64,000 nucleotides of DNA from a candidate division FCPU426 bacterium (lineage in GTDB: Bacteria > Oederibacteriota > PGYV01 > Palsa-1178): the NCBI GenBank assembly GCA_963840035.1, contig CAWIXE010000002.1, positions 1,536,001-1,600,000 of the forward strand. Reading direction: 5' to 3'. Below the pieces are notes generated by a model. The model was given only the letters and a program-made list of their open reading frames with translations. It did not search any database and had not been told where the DNA came from. Positions within the stretch are counted from its first letter, which is position 1; each line of letters opens with the position of its first letter. This document shows positions 43,712 through 52,971 of the stretch, in pieces. Both the position numbers and the translations under genes were made by a program.

Positions 43712-44922
43712 GGTAAGTTGCAAGTTTTAATGCACCACTCCCTGAATCCCACACATTTTTCTTGTAGCATTTTGAATTATCATGTCGTTGGCTGTTTTGT
43801 ATCCAAATATCCCTCTGGGATAGTTGTTTATCCAATTTTGGGCCTTTTTTACCGTTTCTACAGACACTTCCCCTATATCCGTCCCTTTAGGTACGAACCG
43901 CCTTATTATGCGGTTTGTATTCTCGTTGGTTCCTCTTTCAAAAGAACTGAAAGGATGCGCGTAATATAGCATGGTCCTTTTTGTCCCTGGCTTTAATTTA
44001 CTCTCTTCAAGGGTTCTCCAATCGAGAAACTCCGAACCGTTGTCTGCGGTTATCGTCTTGAATATCCTGGCAAACAAACCGCCATAAGTCCTTTCGAGTC
44101 CAGTCAACGCCTTGTCCACTTCTTCGACCTTGCAACAGTTCATCTTAATTATTATTTCCTGTCTTGTCATACGTTCGCTGATTGTCAGAAGACATGCTCT
44201 TGTCCATTTAATACCCTTAACAACATCTATCTCCCAGTGACCATACTCCGTTCTTTCGTTTGCCGCCTTTGGTCTTTCTTCTATGCTCTTGAAAAGCCTG
44301 CTTCTATTTACTTTTCCGACCTTCCGATACTTCTTTTTACGCCTTCCTCCATATACCAGTTCTGCTTCTCCAACACCTGCAAACACACCGGAATGTATAT
44401 AATTGTAAACTGTCTTTATGCACAGATATGTCTTAAACCCCAGCTTGGTTCGCATTATTTCGCCTATTACTGCTGCCGGCGAATACTTATCCTGCGTTAT
44501 CTTCCGTTCTATATGCCTGCTTAGTTCGTGGTCAAACCCGATCTTTAACGGGCGTCCTTTGTTCTTTTGTTTTTCATCATAGTCCAGCTGTCCATGATCG
44601 GCCCTATATACCAATCTCTCTTTGAGTTCCCAATCCGTCTGTATTACAGAACCTCTTTTTATCTCACGATTTATCGTGCTTGGGTCTCTTCCAAGTTGTT
44701 CGGCTATCTCACGCCCAGTACACTTCTTATCGCGCAGAGCCTCAATCTGGTACCGTTCTTTTAAACTTAAATACTTGTTTTTCCTGTCCCTTGTGGTAAT
44801 CTTGACTTGTCCCATCATTCACCTCGTGTTTTTTATGGTGTCTTCGCAAACAACATAATAACACAAGTGCTTGGTGGGACTTTTTATTTACTCAGATGGT
44901 GCATTTCATCTTACACTTTTTA
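43712..44922 (-). mobile_element. IS30-family insertion sequence with 15-bp flanking direct repeat
   Basis: DR ggggtagaacctggt at 43697-43711 and 44923-44937; imperfect IR 43719-43737 vs 44897-44915 (15/19). Confidence 0.9.
43727..44818 (-). CDS. IS30-family DDE transposase
   Basis: HTH EIAEQLGRDPSTINREIKRG; GHWEIDVV, TADNGSEF, ERGTNENTN..IRR..PKG. Confidence 0.95.
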   Translation of the reverse strand: MMGQVKITTRDRKNKYLSLKERYQIEALRDKKCTGREIAEQLGRDPSTINREIKRGSVIQTDWELKERLVYRADHGQLDYDEKQKNKGRPLKIGFDHELSRHIERKITQDKYSPAAVIGEIMRTKLGFKTYLCIKTVYNYIHSGVFAGVGEAELVYGGRRKKKYRKVGKVNRSRLFKSIEERPKAANERTEYGHWEIDVVKGIKWTRACLLTISERMTRQEIIIKMNCCKVEEVDKALTGLERTYGGLFARIFKTITADNGSEFLDWRTLEESKLKPGTKRTMLYYAHPFSSFERGTNENTNRIIRRFVPKGTDIGEVSVETVKKAQNWINNYPRGIFGYKTANDMIIQNATRKMCGIQGVVH

Positions 44923-44978
44923 GGGGTAGAACCTGGTTTATAGACCAATAAATACAGCTTATTAAGGTTTATACATTG

Positions 44979-45327
44979 GTAGTCGCACCCCTTCGTCCCA
45001 TCGGGGTGCGTATGCTGGTATTTGTTCAGTTTGTGTCAGATTTTGTAGCGCCGCCGCTTGCATATGCCATGAGCCCTATAATATACTCATGCCATATACA
45101 TATCGAATGGCTGCGGCTCAGGGCAGGAATTAGATTTCTTATGCGCAGGCCTGAGTTCCATCGGCCTGCGCCTGTATCCGGTATTGAAGAACGCAAACGG
45201 ACGACGGGCCAAATCCCGCGTGCGCACCCCGATGAAACGTAGAGGGTGCGACTACAAAACTACCAACGTTGGAGCCGCAGCAATCCGTTTTCGCTGAAGC
45301 TTCAACGGACATGGGCGGCGGCTTTAC
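44979..45327. repeat. Large REPIN-like cluster of GTAG REPs
   Basis: gtagtcgcacccc..ggggtgcg (44979) inverted to cgcacccc..gggtgcgactac (45255); same family as 1716. Confidence 0.75.
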
Positions 45328-45363
45328 AAAAGCCATTGGTAATTGGTCATTTGTAATTAGTAA

Positions 45364-47406
45364 TTATCTCTTCCTGCGGTCTGTCTTACGAACGTCCAGC
45401 ATGGTCTTAACCTTGTTCCTGCCGTCTTCCTTTGCCAGGTACAGCCCGTCATCAGCCTGTTTGAACATTTCCCTGGCGTCCTTGGCAAACTCCGGATATG
45501 AAGTCACGCCTATGGAAAGCGTAATCGGGCGCTTTTCCTTCTCATTTCCGCCTTTTAAGTTCTTTTCGCTGTATTCCCTGATCTCTTCGGCAATCTTAGC
45601 CGCGGCGTAAATATCGTAGTTTTCAAAGACAAACACAAACTCTTCCCCGCCATAGCGGGCGCAGTAGGTGTTCTCATATTTTTTCTCAAACGCGGTGAGC
45701 ATGCCGGCCATTTTTACAAGCACCCTGTCGCCTTCCTGATGTCCGAAACTGTCGTTAAATTTTTTAAAAAAATCTATGTCAAAGACGCAAAGCGAGACGC
45801 ACTGCAGTGCGCCCTTATTCTTCTTTTCCACGGATTCCCTGAGTTTTTCCTGGAATGTCAGGTGATTGTATAACCCCGTTAAACCGTCATGGAAAGCCTG
45901 TCTTTTTATCTTTTCATACAGTTTGGCGTTTTCAAGCATGGTAGTAATGCGCGAGAGCATGAGCTCAAGGGTTTTAACCTCAAACGGGCTGAAAACACAC
46001 TCTTTTTCCTTGTCAAGTTTTATAAAACCTAGCACGTTTTCCCCGCTTTTAAGAAGGCTTATGAAGTTCTTGTCAAGGTTCATACGCTTGAAATTAAGCG
46101 GAATATTCTTTTTTGAAGCGTCTTCTATTATCATCGGCTTGCCGGAATCAGCCACATAGCGCAGTATCTCGTTTTCCCTGGCTGTAAACTTCGTCCCCTT
46201 GACCGTGATGGGGTAATTAAAGCTTTCTGTTATCTCAAAAGTATTATCGTCATGGTTGTATTCCGCCAGGTACCCGCTGTATATGTCGAAGGACTTTATC
46301 TCCCCGAAAAAGTTTGCCATCAGCCCGCTCTTGCCCTCTAAAAGATTCAGTTTCTCGTTTATCTCATACATCCTTGAGACGCGCTGTTCCTTTGAGATGG
46401 CTTTGTAGTTTATGTCATATAATTCCATGATGCTGACAACCTCGCCGGATAAGTCCTTCAGCCTTTCCTTGATGGTTTCCTTTTCCGCTTCGATGTCCCT
46501 GTCAAAATCTATGGCTATGGCGCCTATTACCCTGTTTAATACCACAGGTATCACTGCCGCATTCTTCACATCAACCTTTCCGGAATAGTACGGCATACGC
46601 GCGCCTTTGACGTCAAAGGCAAAGAACATATTCTTATTGAGCGCGGCGCCCAGCAGTCCGTCCTTGGGCTCAAAGGCGTAATCTTTCATGACATCATTTT
46701 CCTTAAGCGACACGGAAATGGTCATGGCAAAAGCGCCGCCGCGGGTGTCATCCCTGATAAAAAGCATGATAGATACCGGCTTGAGTATGGTGTGATAAAG
46801 GGTGAACAGACTGTCTAATAGCCCTGATATTACATTTTTAAAATGGAGGCTTTCCTTGTCCGTTTCAATACGCTTGAGCGTTCCGTCGCCTGCAGGTTCC
46901 TTTTTCTTAACTCCTCTTAAGTAAACTGTCGCTCCAAGGCAAAGTACAGCGCCATAAGCAAAAATATCCGCCGGCGTTATGGCCGCGTAATCCTTTATAA
47001 AAGCGGTGCCGACCGCGCCGCATATTATAAATCCTGCAATCAGGTCCCCGGTAATAAAAAGGAATATCGCTGTAAATACAGGCGCCCATTTTAAAGGCGA
47101 CGCAATGCCTCCGGAGACGCACGCAAGGGTTATGTAAATAACGGCAAGGCCGTAATATATCCTGCTTGCGGCACGCTCGCCGAGGTTGTCCTTGAATTTT
47201 TCCAGGGAATACATGGAGGCAAACATAAGAAGATATAAAATAGCGTGAATTATGTAATGGAATTCGGTACGCGGGTAAAAACCCAAAATATCGGCAAGAA
47301 GAATGACTGCGGCTACGGTAATGACAGAGGTTTTAAAATCGAGTTTGAGAGGCTTTTCTTCGGAAGTTTTCCTGGAAGCAAACCTGCCTGACTGATTGTG
47401 CTTCAT
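45364..47406 (-). CDS. Membrane sensor diguanylate cyclase (TM-GAF-like-GGDEF)
   Basis: DGLTGLYN, DIDFFKKFND.FGH.EGD, RYGGEEF, SIG, AD..LY.AK..GRN. Confidence 0.92.
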   Translation of the reverse strand: MKHNQSGRFASRKTSEEKPLKLDFKTSVITVAAVILLADILGFYPRTEFHYIIHAILYLLMFASMYSLEKFKDNLGERAASRIYYGLAVIYITLACVSGGIASPLKWAPVFTAIFLFITGDLIAGFIICGAVGTAFIKDYAAITPADIFAYGAVLCLGATVYLRGVKKKEPAGDGTLKRIETDKESLHFKNVISGLLDSLFTLYHTILKPVSIMLFIRDDTRGGAFAMTISVSLKENDVMKDYAFEPKDGLLGAALNKNMFFAFDVKGARMPYYSGKVDVKNAAVIPVVLNRVIGAIAIDFDRDIEAEKETIKERLKDLSGEVVSIMELYDINYKAISKEQRVSRMYEINEKLNLLEGKSGLMANFFGEIKSFDIYSGYLAEYNHDDNTFEITESFNYPITVKGTKFTARENEILRYVADSGKPMIIEDASKKNIPLNFKRMNLDKNFISLLKSGENVLGFIKLDKEKECVFSPFEVKTLELMLSRITTMLENAKLYEKIKRQAFHDGLTGLYNHLTFQEKLRESVEKKNKGALQCVSLCVFDIDFFKKFNDSFGHQEGDRVLVKMAGMLTAFEKKYENTYCARYGGEEFVFVFENYDIYAAAKIAEEIREYSEKNLKGGNEKEKRPITLSIGVTSYPEFAKDAREMFKQADDGLYLAKEDGRNKVKTMLDVRKTDRRKR

Positions 47407-47408
47407 CT

Positions 47409-47756
47409 TTACTTGAACTTTTTTACCGCTTCGTCGATGCTTTTGTAGTATTCGAGGATATTGGTAAAATCAAGAAGTTCAAATATTTCCATAACTTCGG
47501 GCTTCATGTTAACGAGCTTTAGGTCGCCCTTATTTTTCCTGATGTTCTTTATCTCGCTGATAAATATACCCCAGCCCGCGCTGGATATGTATTCCACCTC
47601 ACCAAGGTCAATGATTATCTTGTAGTTCTTGCCCTGCAAAAGCTCTGCCATCGATGATTCAAGCATTCCTGATGTAGTTGTATCTATGTAGCCTTTACAC
47701 TGCACTACTTTTATAGGTCCTTTATCAACGACGCTTACTGATAATCCCTCAGCCAT
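47409..47756 (-). CDS. STAS-domain anti-sigma factor antagonist
   Basis: GYID, IIDL..VEYISSAG, GDLKLV. Confidence 0.9.
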   Translation of the reverse strand: MAEGLSVSVVDKGPIKVVQCKGYIDTTTSGMLESSMAELLQGKNYKIIIDLGEVEYISSAGWGIFISEIKNIRKNKGDLKLVNMKPEVMEIFELLDFTNILEYYKSIDEAVKKFK

Positions 47757-47772
47757 TTCACACCTCCGTAAA

Positions 47773-48264
47773 TCATACTTTCCATTTAGTTTTTATATAG
47801 CCGGCAGGTTCCTTAAAACCCTTTAACCATAAAGATATTATAGCATTTTTCACGTCAGGATAAAACAATAATTTGCGGAAATTATTCACGGAATAAAAAG
47901 CAGCGCCTTTGAGCACATGGTCAGGCATCAGTATGAAATTCGCGCTTTTCTTTGATTTTACGGCAAAATAAAGGTTAATAACATGCCTGGAACCGTCCGG
48001 GTAAATAGAGTCATTAGCTAAAAGAAGCTCCCCGACCTTTAAGTTTTTCATGGATAATTCCTCTTCAAATTCGCGTTTTAATGCCTGGTCAAGTGTCTCC
48101 CCGTGTTCAACACCGCCGCCCGGGAGAAGCCAGTAGGACTTGCCGTGCTTCTGGTGGTTGACAAGGAGGATTTCATTTTTAGAGTTGGTCAAAATACCCG
48201 CAACGCGGATGCGGATGGCGTGGTCTTCTGTGTTCGCTTTTTTTGTAATCGTTTTTTTTGCCAT
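47773..48264 (-). CDS. NUDIX hydrolase
   Basis: LPGGGVEHGE...ALKREFEEE. Confidence 0.9.
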   Translation of the reverse strand: MAKKTITKKANTEDHAIRIRVAGILTNSKNEILLVNHQKHGKSYWLLPGGGVEHGETLDQALKREFEEELSMKNLKVGELLLANDSIYPDGSRHVINLYFAVKSKKSANFILMPDHVLKGAAFYSVNNFRKLLFYPDVKNAIISLWLKGFKEPAGYIKTKWKV

Positions 48265-48291
48265 TCTTTTGCCTCTGTTCTATATGGTTCT

Positions 48292-48459
48292 TCCCCTTCC
48301 CCCTCGAAGGGGCTCTTTTCAGTACCCCTTTACGGGGTAGAAGGATGGGATGGGGGTGCTGCAGCAGCTGAATATATATCACATCCTCGAGGGTTGCTTC
48401 GGCGGTTTTGCCGCTACATCACCCTCTCCCCGGCCCTCTCCCTTCGAGGGAGAGGGGGG
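48292..48459. repeat. Pair of CCCTC/GAGGG-type palindromic repeats
   Basis: ccccttccccctcgaagggg... and ccctctccccggccctctcccttcgagggagagggggg. Confidence 0.6.
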
Positions 48460-48487
48460 CTGCCTTTAAAACTTAATTCCAAATCGA

Positions 48488-49531
48488 CTAAAACAACTTC
48501 TCTTGGTCGCCGTTCTTCTTCTTTATCTTAAAATACTCATATGCCTTGTCAGTAACTTTCCGTCCCGACGGTGTCCTCTGTATAAACCCCGTCTGTATAA
48601 GGAAAGGCTCATAAACGTCTTCGATCGTATCCGGTTCTTCAGAAACGGCAGTGGCTATCGTATCTATGCCCACCGGGCCGCCTTTGAATTTCTCTATAAT
48701 GGTTGTTATTATTTTCTTATCCATATTATCAAGCCCGAGCTCGTCGACCTCGAGCATGGTCAGGGCTTCAATGGCTGACTGCTTGTTTATCTTTCCGTTG
48801 CCCTTTACCTGCGCGAAATCGCGGACGCGCTTTAAGAGCCTGTTTGCTATCCTGGGAGTGCCGCGGGAACGCCTTGCGATCTCGTGGATTCCTTCGTCAT
48901 CGGCTTTAACGCCAAGTATCTTCGCCGAGCGCGTGAGTATCTCAATTAAATCCTTAACCTCATAAAAATCAACCCTGTAAGTCGCGCCAAAGCGGTCGCG
49001 CAAAGGTGCCGCGATCATGCCAACGCGCGTTGTCGCGCCGATTAAGGTGAATTTAGGAAGGTCGATCCTGAATGTTTTTGCTGAAGGGCCTTTGCCTATA
49101 ACAATGTCCAAAGCATAGTCTTCAAGTGCCGGGTACATTATCTCTTCAACCGCCCTGTTGAGCCTGTGGATTTCATCAATGAACAGAATATCATTCTCTT
49201 CAAGATTTGTAATTATGGCTGCCAGATCGCCGGCTTTTTCAATGACAGGCCCGGCTGTCACCTTTATATTCACGCCCATTTCATTGGCTATGATGTTTGC
49301 AAGGGTAGTTTTACCAAGGCCGGGAGGGCCGTAGAAAAGTATATGCTCAGGGGCTTCTTTCCTGCCCTTTGCGGCATCGATTAATATCTTGAGTTTTTCC
49401 TTCACCTTTTCCTGGCCGATATAATCGGACAGCATCTTAGGGCGAAGGGATTTTTCCTCTATGAACTCCGGCCGCGAAGCCAGGGAATCAATTACGCGTT
49501 CGCTTTTGTTTTTGTCTTCCAATGTTTTCAC
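48488..49531 (-). CDS. ruvB: Holliday junction helicase RuvB
   Basis: [35 protein letters not shown]. Confidence 0.98.
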   Translation of the reverse strand: MKTLEDKNKSERVIDSLASRPEFIEEKSLRPKMLSDYIGQEKVKEKLKILIDAAKGRKEAPEHILFYGPPGLGKTTLANIIANEMGVNIKVTAGPVIEKAGDLAAIITNLEENDILFIDEIHRLNRAVEEIMYPALEDYALDIVIGKGPSAKTFRIDLPKFTLIGATTRVGMIAAPLRDRFGATYRVDFYEVKDLIEILTRSAKILGVKADDEGIHEIARRSRGTPRIANRLLKRVRDFAQVKGNGKINKQSAIEALTMLEVDELGLDNMDKKIITTIIEKFKGGPVGIDTIATAVSEEPDTIEDVYEPFLIQTGFIQRTPSGRKVTDKAYEYFKIKKKNGDQEKLF

Positions 49532-49544
49532 CGTCTTTTTATTT

Positions 49545-49736
49545 GTAGGGGCGATTCACGAATCGCCCAACAACGCAGAACAATTCACAAGTTGCCACTT
49601 CAAGAACCAGCCTGGAGAGGCAGACAAGCCGCCTCTCTACAAAATCGTTCTAAATCCAACTCCCTGTAGGGGCCGACCTATGTGTCGGCCCGAAAGCAGG
49701 CCCTCGTGGCGGGCGGACACACAGGTCCGCCCCTAC
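49545..49736. repeat. Cluster of four GTAG REPs
   Basis: 49545-49568, 49614-49640, and inverted doublet 49666-49691/49711-49736. Confidence 0.8.
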
Positions 49737-49891
49737 GAGGGCTATTCACGATGTTAATTATAATATAACGGCATCCATTTTACACATGCTTTTTAATGCT
49801 ATTATTTAAAAAAACACACCCGTATATATTGCCTCCATAATCATCTCAAACCAGGTACAGCGTGGGCCACTGGTATACTCTCAACAAATAA

Positions 49892-50449
49892 TCAATCATA
49901 TTGAATATGCATGTCAATCCTTGAAATCCTATTATTATCAATATAAAAGGTTATCATTACACCAACAAATGACTGGAAATTATCACCAGGACCTGTAAGG
50001 TCGTAAATTTCAGCACCAGATTCGTCTTTTTTCCATCTATGTTCGGCTGGATAGGCTTTTAACAGACTTTCCAACGTATCCCCAATTTTTATTCCTAACG
50101 GCAGCTTATAATCAGTGCCAGTAAATGTTACTCTATCAATACTATATTCATTTTCGGACCCAACAAGCCGAAAACCAATTGTTTTGAAAGCAATCGATTT
50201 AAACCTCTTATCTTTCGATAACAATATTGAAACCGGTTTATCTTCCTGACAAAATGCTGCTATTTTTTCTTCAGCATCACCAATCATTATTTTACTAGAT
50301 CCGTTTGTGACAAAATAGTCGTAAGTGACCTGGGTTGGTTCCGGGGTGGGATTTAATTTAATACTTGTTTTACTTTTTTGTTTACAGGAAATGACCAAAC
50401 CAAAAGCTAAAATCATTAACATCAAGAAAATAACAAGATTTTTTTTCAT
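49892..50449 (-). CDS. Hypothetical lipoprotein (AT-rich)
   Basis: Signal peptide ending VISC; GIKIGDT..L.KAY motif. Confidence 0.7.
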   Translation of the reverse strand: MKKNLVIFLMLMILAFGLVISCKQKSKTSIKLNPTPEPTQVTYDYFVTNGSSKIMIGDAEEKIAAFCQEDKPVSILLSKDKRFKSIAFKTIGFRLVGSENEYSIDRVTFTGTDYKLPLGIKIGDTLESLLKAYPAEHRWKKDESGAEIYDLTGPGDNFQSFVGVMITFYIDNNRISRIDMHIQYD

Positions 50450-50462
50450 GTATTCCCCATTT

Positions 50463-51047
50463 TTACTTCCCCAGCCGTTTTATCGCTTCCTTTATGATTA
50501 CTTCTTTATCCGCGTCAATGCCCGCGGCCTTTACAGCCTGCCTTAATGCTTCCCTTGCCTTCTGGTAATTAAACCCCAGCGCCAGCAACGCCTGCAGATA
50601 TTCCTCGTCCGGCGTGAATTCATCCTCGCCGCCAACTCCTGCGTGCATTTTGAATTTGTCTTTTAATTCCACTATCATCCTCTGTGCTTTTTTAGGGCCC
50701 AGGCCCGGGACTTTTGTCAGGACCGCTTCATTTCCCGTGGCTATGGCTTTGCGCAGGGTGTCAGGGTTTATGCTGGATAATATGTTTGTGCCGGCTTTCG
50801 GGCCTATGCCTTCCACGCTTATTAATGCCATGAAGACTTCTTTTTCTTCGCGGCTGGAAAAGCCGTATAATGCCACGCCGTTATCGGAGACCGACAGGTA
50901 TGTGTAAACGCGGGCTATGCCCTCGTCTTTACGCAGGCGGTCGTAGGCGGCGGCTGTGATGGTGATGCCGTAGCCTGTGCCGTTGACGTTCAGGAGCAGG
51001 TGTTTTTCTGTGATTTCTTCTATGCTGCCTTCGAGAAAATCTATCAT
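50463..51047 (-). CDS. ruvA: Holliday junction DNA-binding protein RuvA
   Basis: MIDFLEG, LYGF, V.GIGPK, VPGLGPKKAQR..VELK. Confidence 0.97.
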   Translation of the reverse strand: MIDFLEGSIEEITEKHLLLNVNGTGYGITITAAAYDRLRKDEGIARVYTYLSVSDNGVALYGFSSREEKEVFMALISVEGIGPKAGTNILSSINPDTLRKAIATGNEAVLTKVPGLGPKKAQRMIVELKDKFKMHAGVGGEDEFTPDEEYLQALLALGFNYQKAREALRQAVKAAGIDADKEVIIKEAIKRLGK

Positions 51048-51136
51048 AAGTTCTCCTTAGAGTTTACGAGACAAGAGACTGGAGACAGGAGGAAGACAAA
51101 ACTGCTCCAAACCCTGAAAATCTAAATCCTGCCTTG

Positions 51137-51220
51137 CGCAGCCTGAAGGCTGCGGCTACCAAGAACAACAAATCCAACGTCTGGGCGATTCGTGCGAAGT
51201 CCCGTGGAAATCGCCCCTAC
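51137..51220. repeat. Two GTAG REPs; the second supplies the ruvC stop codon
   Basis: cgcagcctgaaggctgcggctac; gggcgatt...aatcgcccctac ending at 51220. Confidence 0.7.
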
Positions 51221-51753
51221 AGAACCTTTGAACTCCCTTGTGCTTTGGACTTTGGGCTCTGGGCTTTCTTCCTTATCTCCGCCATTTTACTCCCGCTCGC
51301 GCACGTTATCGCTATAGCCAGCGCGTCTGCAACGTCATCCGGTTTTGGCGCTTCTTTAAGTCCCAGTATGGCCATGACCATCTTTAATACCTGGTTTTTA
51401 TCAGCCATGCCGTAGCCTGTTAATGCCATTTTAACGTCCATGGGGGAAAATTCCCTTATCTCAACTCCCGCCAGCTGTGCGCACAGCAGGATAACGCCCC
51501 TGGCTTCGCCTACGGTCATCGCGGTGGATACGTTCCTGCTGAAAAACAATTTCTCGACCGCCACCACATCGGGCTTGTGCTGTTTGATGGCCCTGGTGAC
51601 TTCGACAAATACAACCTCAAGCCGCTCGGCATGAGGACGGTCCTTGTCGCTTTCTATGAGGCCGTACGAGATTGTTTTGAGCTTATTGCCTTTTTTTTCA
51701 ATGACGCCGAGCCCGCAGCGGGCGGTTCCGGGGTCTATGCCGAGTATGATCAA
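51217..51753 (-). CDS. ruvC: Holliday junction resolvase RuvC
   Basis: ILGIDPG, VEKLFF, EARG, K...TGYG.A.K, DD.ADALAIA; TTG start 51753 after GGAG. Confidence 0.96.
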   Translation of the reverse strand: MIILGIDPGTARCGLGVIEKKGNKLKTISYGLIESDKDRPHAERLEVVFVEVTRAIKQHKPDVVAVEKLFFSRNVSTAMTVGEARGVILLCAQLAGVEIREFSPMDVKMALTGYGMADKNQVLKMVMAILGLKEAPKPDDVADALAIAITCASGSKMAEIRKKAQSPKSKAQGSSKVL

Positions 51754-51768
51754 GAATGCTCCGTTTGA

Positions 51769-51850
51769 ATTGAAGGTTGTTGATTGTAGATTGCGGATTA
51801 ATAAACAAAACCGTCCATTAATCCGCAATCGTCAATCCACTATCTTCAAT
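51769..51850. repeat. Heptamer-based inverted repeat, copy 2
   Basis: Shares 35 identical bp with 13936-13970. Confidence 0.85.
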
Positions 51851-51852
51851 AA

Positions 51853-52971
51853 TTATTTATAAATCCGCCTTACCCTGTCCGTTATCCCCGTGAATATCTC
51901 ATATGAAATCGTTCCCGCTGCCGTTGCCATGTCCTCAACTTTTATCTCAGACTTTCCTGATTTGCCGAATATCAGCACTTCATCGCCGACGTTTACTTTT
52001 CCTGAGGGTTTTACAACCACCAGGTCCATGCAGACCCTGCCGGCGACCGGTGCTTTTTTTCCGTTTATCATGACATGCCATTTATCAGTCAGGCAGCGCC
52101 TGAAGCCGTCGCCGTAGCCTATGGCCACGACCGCGACCGTCTCTTTTTTCTTCGCCTTATAAAGCCCGGCGTAACTTACAGCGTCGCCTTTTTCAAGATT
52201 AATCACATTTACAACCCTTGATTTTAAAGTCATGACAGGCCGCAGGTCCATGTGCTCCGCGCTGTACTCGTCGCAGCATGAGCCGTAAATCGCTATGCCC
52301 GGCCTTACAGCGTCAAAGTACGCCTCAGGGTACCTCGCGATTGCCGCGGAATTAGCGGCGTGACAAAAGACCCCCACGGGCGCGAGTCTGCGTACTGCCG
52401 CAAAACGCTCCGCCTGTTTTAATGTAAAGGAATCATTTTTCATGTCAGCGTTCGCGAAATGCGTGTAGACCGACCTTAACCTTATGTTCTTTGATTTTTT
52501 TATGAGATTGAAATAAGCAGGCGCTTCCTCCGGCTTTATACCGAGCCTGTTCATTCCTGTGTTTACTTTCAGGTGGACATCGATTACCACGTTTGCTTTT
52601 GCCGCGGCAGAGTTTAACGCCATGATTTCCCGCTTAAGAAAAACAGAAGGCTCGAGGCCGTACCTGATGATGTCGGGTATCTCGCCTTTAAAAAAGCCTC
52701 CGAGGATGATAAGGCTGACGCCTTTAATTCCGGCGCGCCTTAAGCCAACGCCCTCGATAACGCGCGCTACCCCGAAATTCTCTATTTCCATTTCAGCGGA
52801 CAGGAATTTGCAGAGCTCTTTGTCCCCGTGGCCGTAGGCATTGGCCTTTATGACGGGTATTATTTCGCTCCCGCCTGTCTTCTTCCTTATCTCAAGTATG
52901 TTGTGACGCAGGGCTTTTAAGTCAACTTCAGCCCACGTCATAAGGCCTGATGTCTTATATCCCTCAGCCAA
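51853..52971 (-). CDS. alr: Alanine racemase (start uncertain: TTG 52971 or ATG 52941)
   Basis: VIKANAYGHG, HLKVNTGMNRLG, HAANS, GYGDG, GRVCMD, TISYE. Confidence 0.96.
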   Translation of the reverse strand: MAEGYKTSGLMTWAEVDLKALRHNILEIRKKTGGSEIIPVIKANAYGHGDKELCKFLSAEMEIENFGVARVIEGVGLRRAGIKGVSLIILGGFFKGEIPDIIRYGLEPSVFLKREIMALNSAAAKANVVIDVHLKVNTGMNRLGIKPEEAPAYFNLIKKSKNIRLRSVYTHFANADMKNDSFTLKQAERFAAVRRLAPVGVFCHAANSAAIARYPEAYFDAVRPGIAIYGSCCDEYSAEHMDLRPVMTLKSRVVNVINLEKGDAVSYAGLYKAKKKETVAVVAIGYGDGFRRCLTDKWHVMINGKKAPVAGRVCMDLVVVKPSGKVNVGDEVLIFGKSGKSEIKVEDMATAAGTISYEIFTGITDRVRRIYK

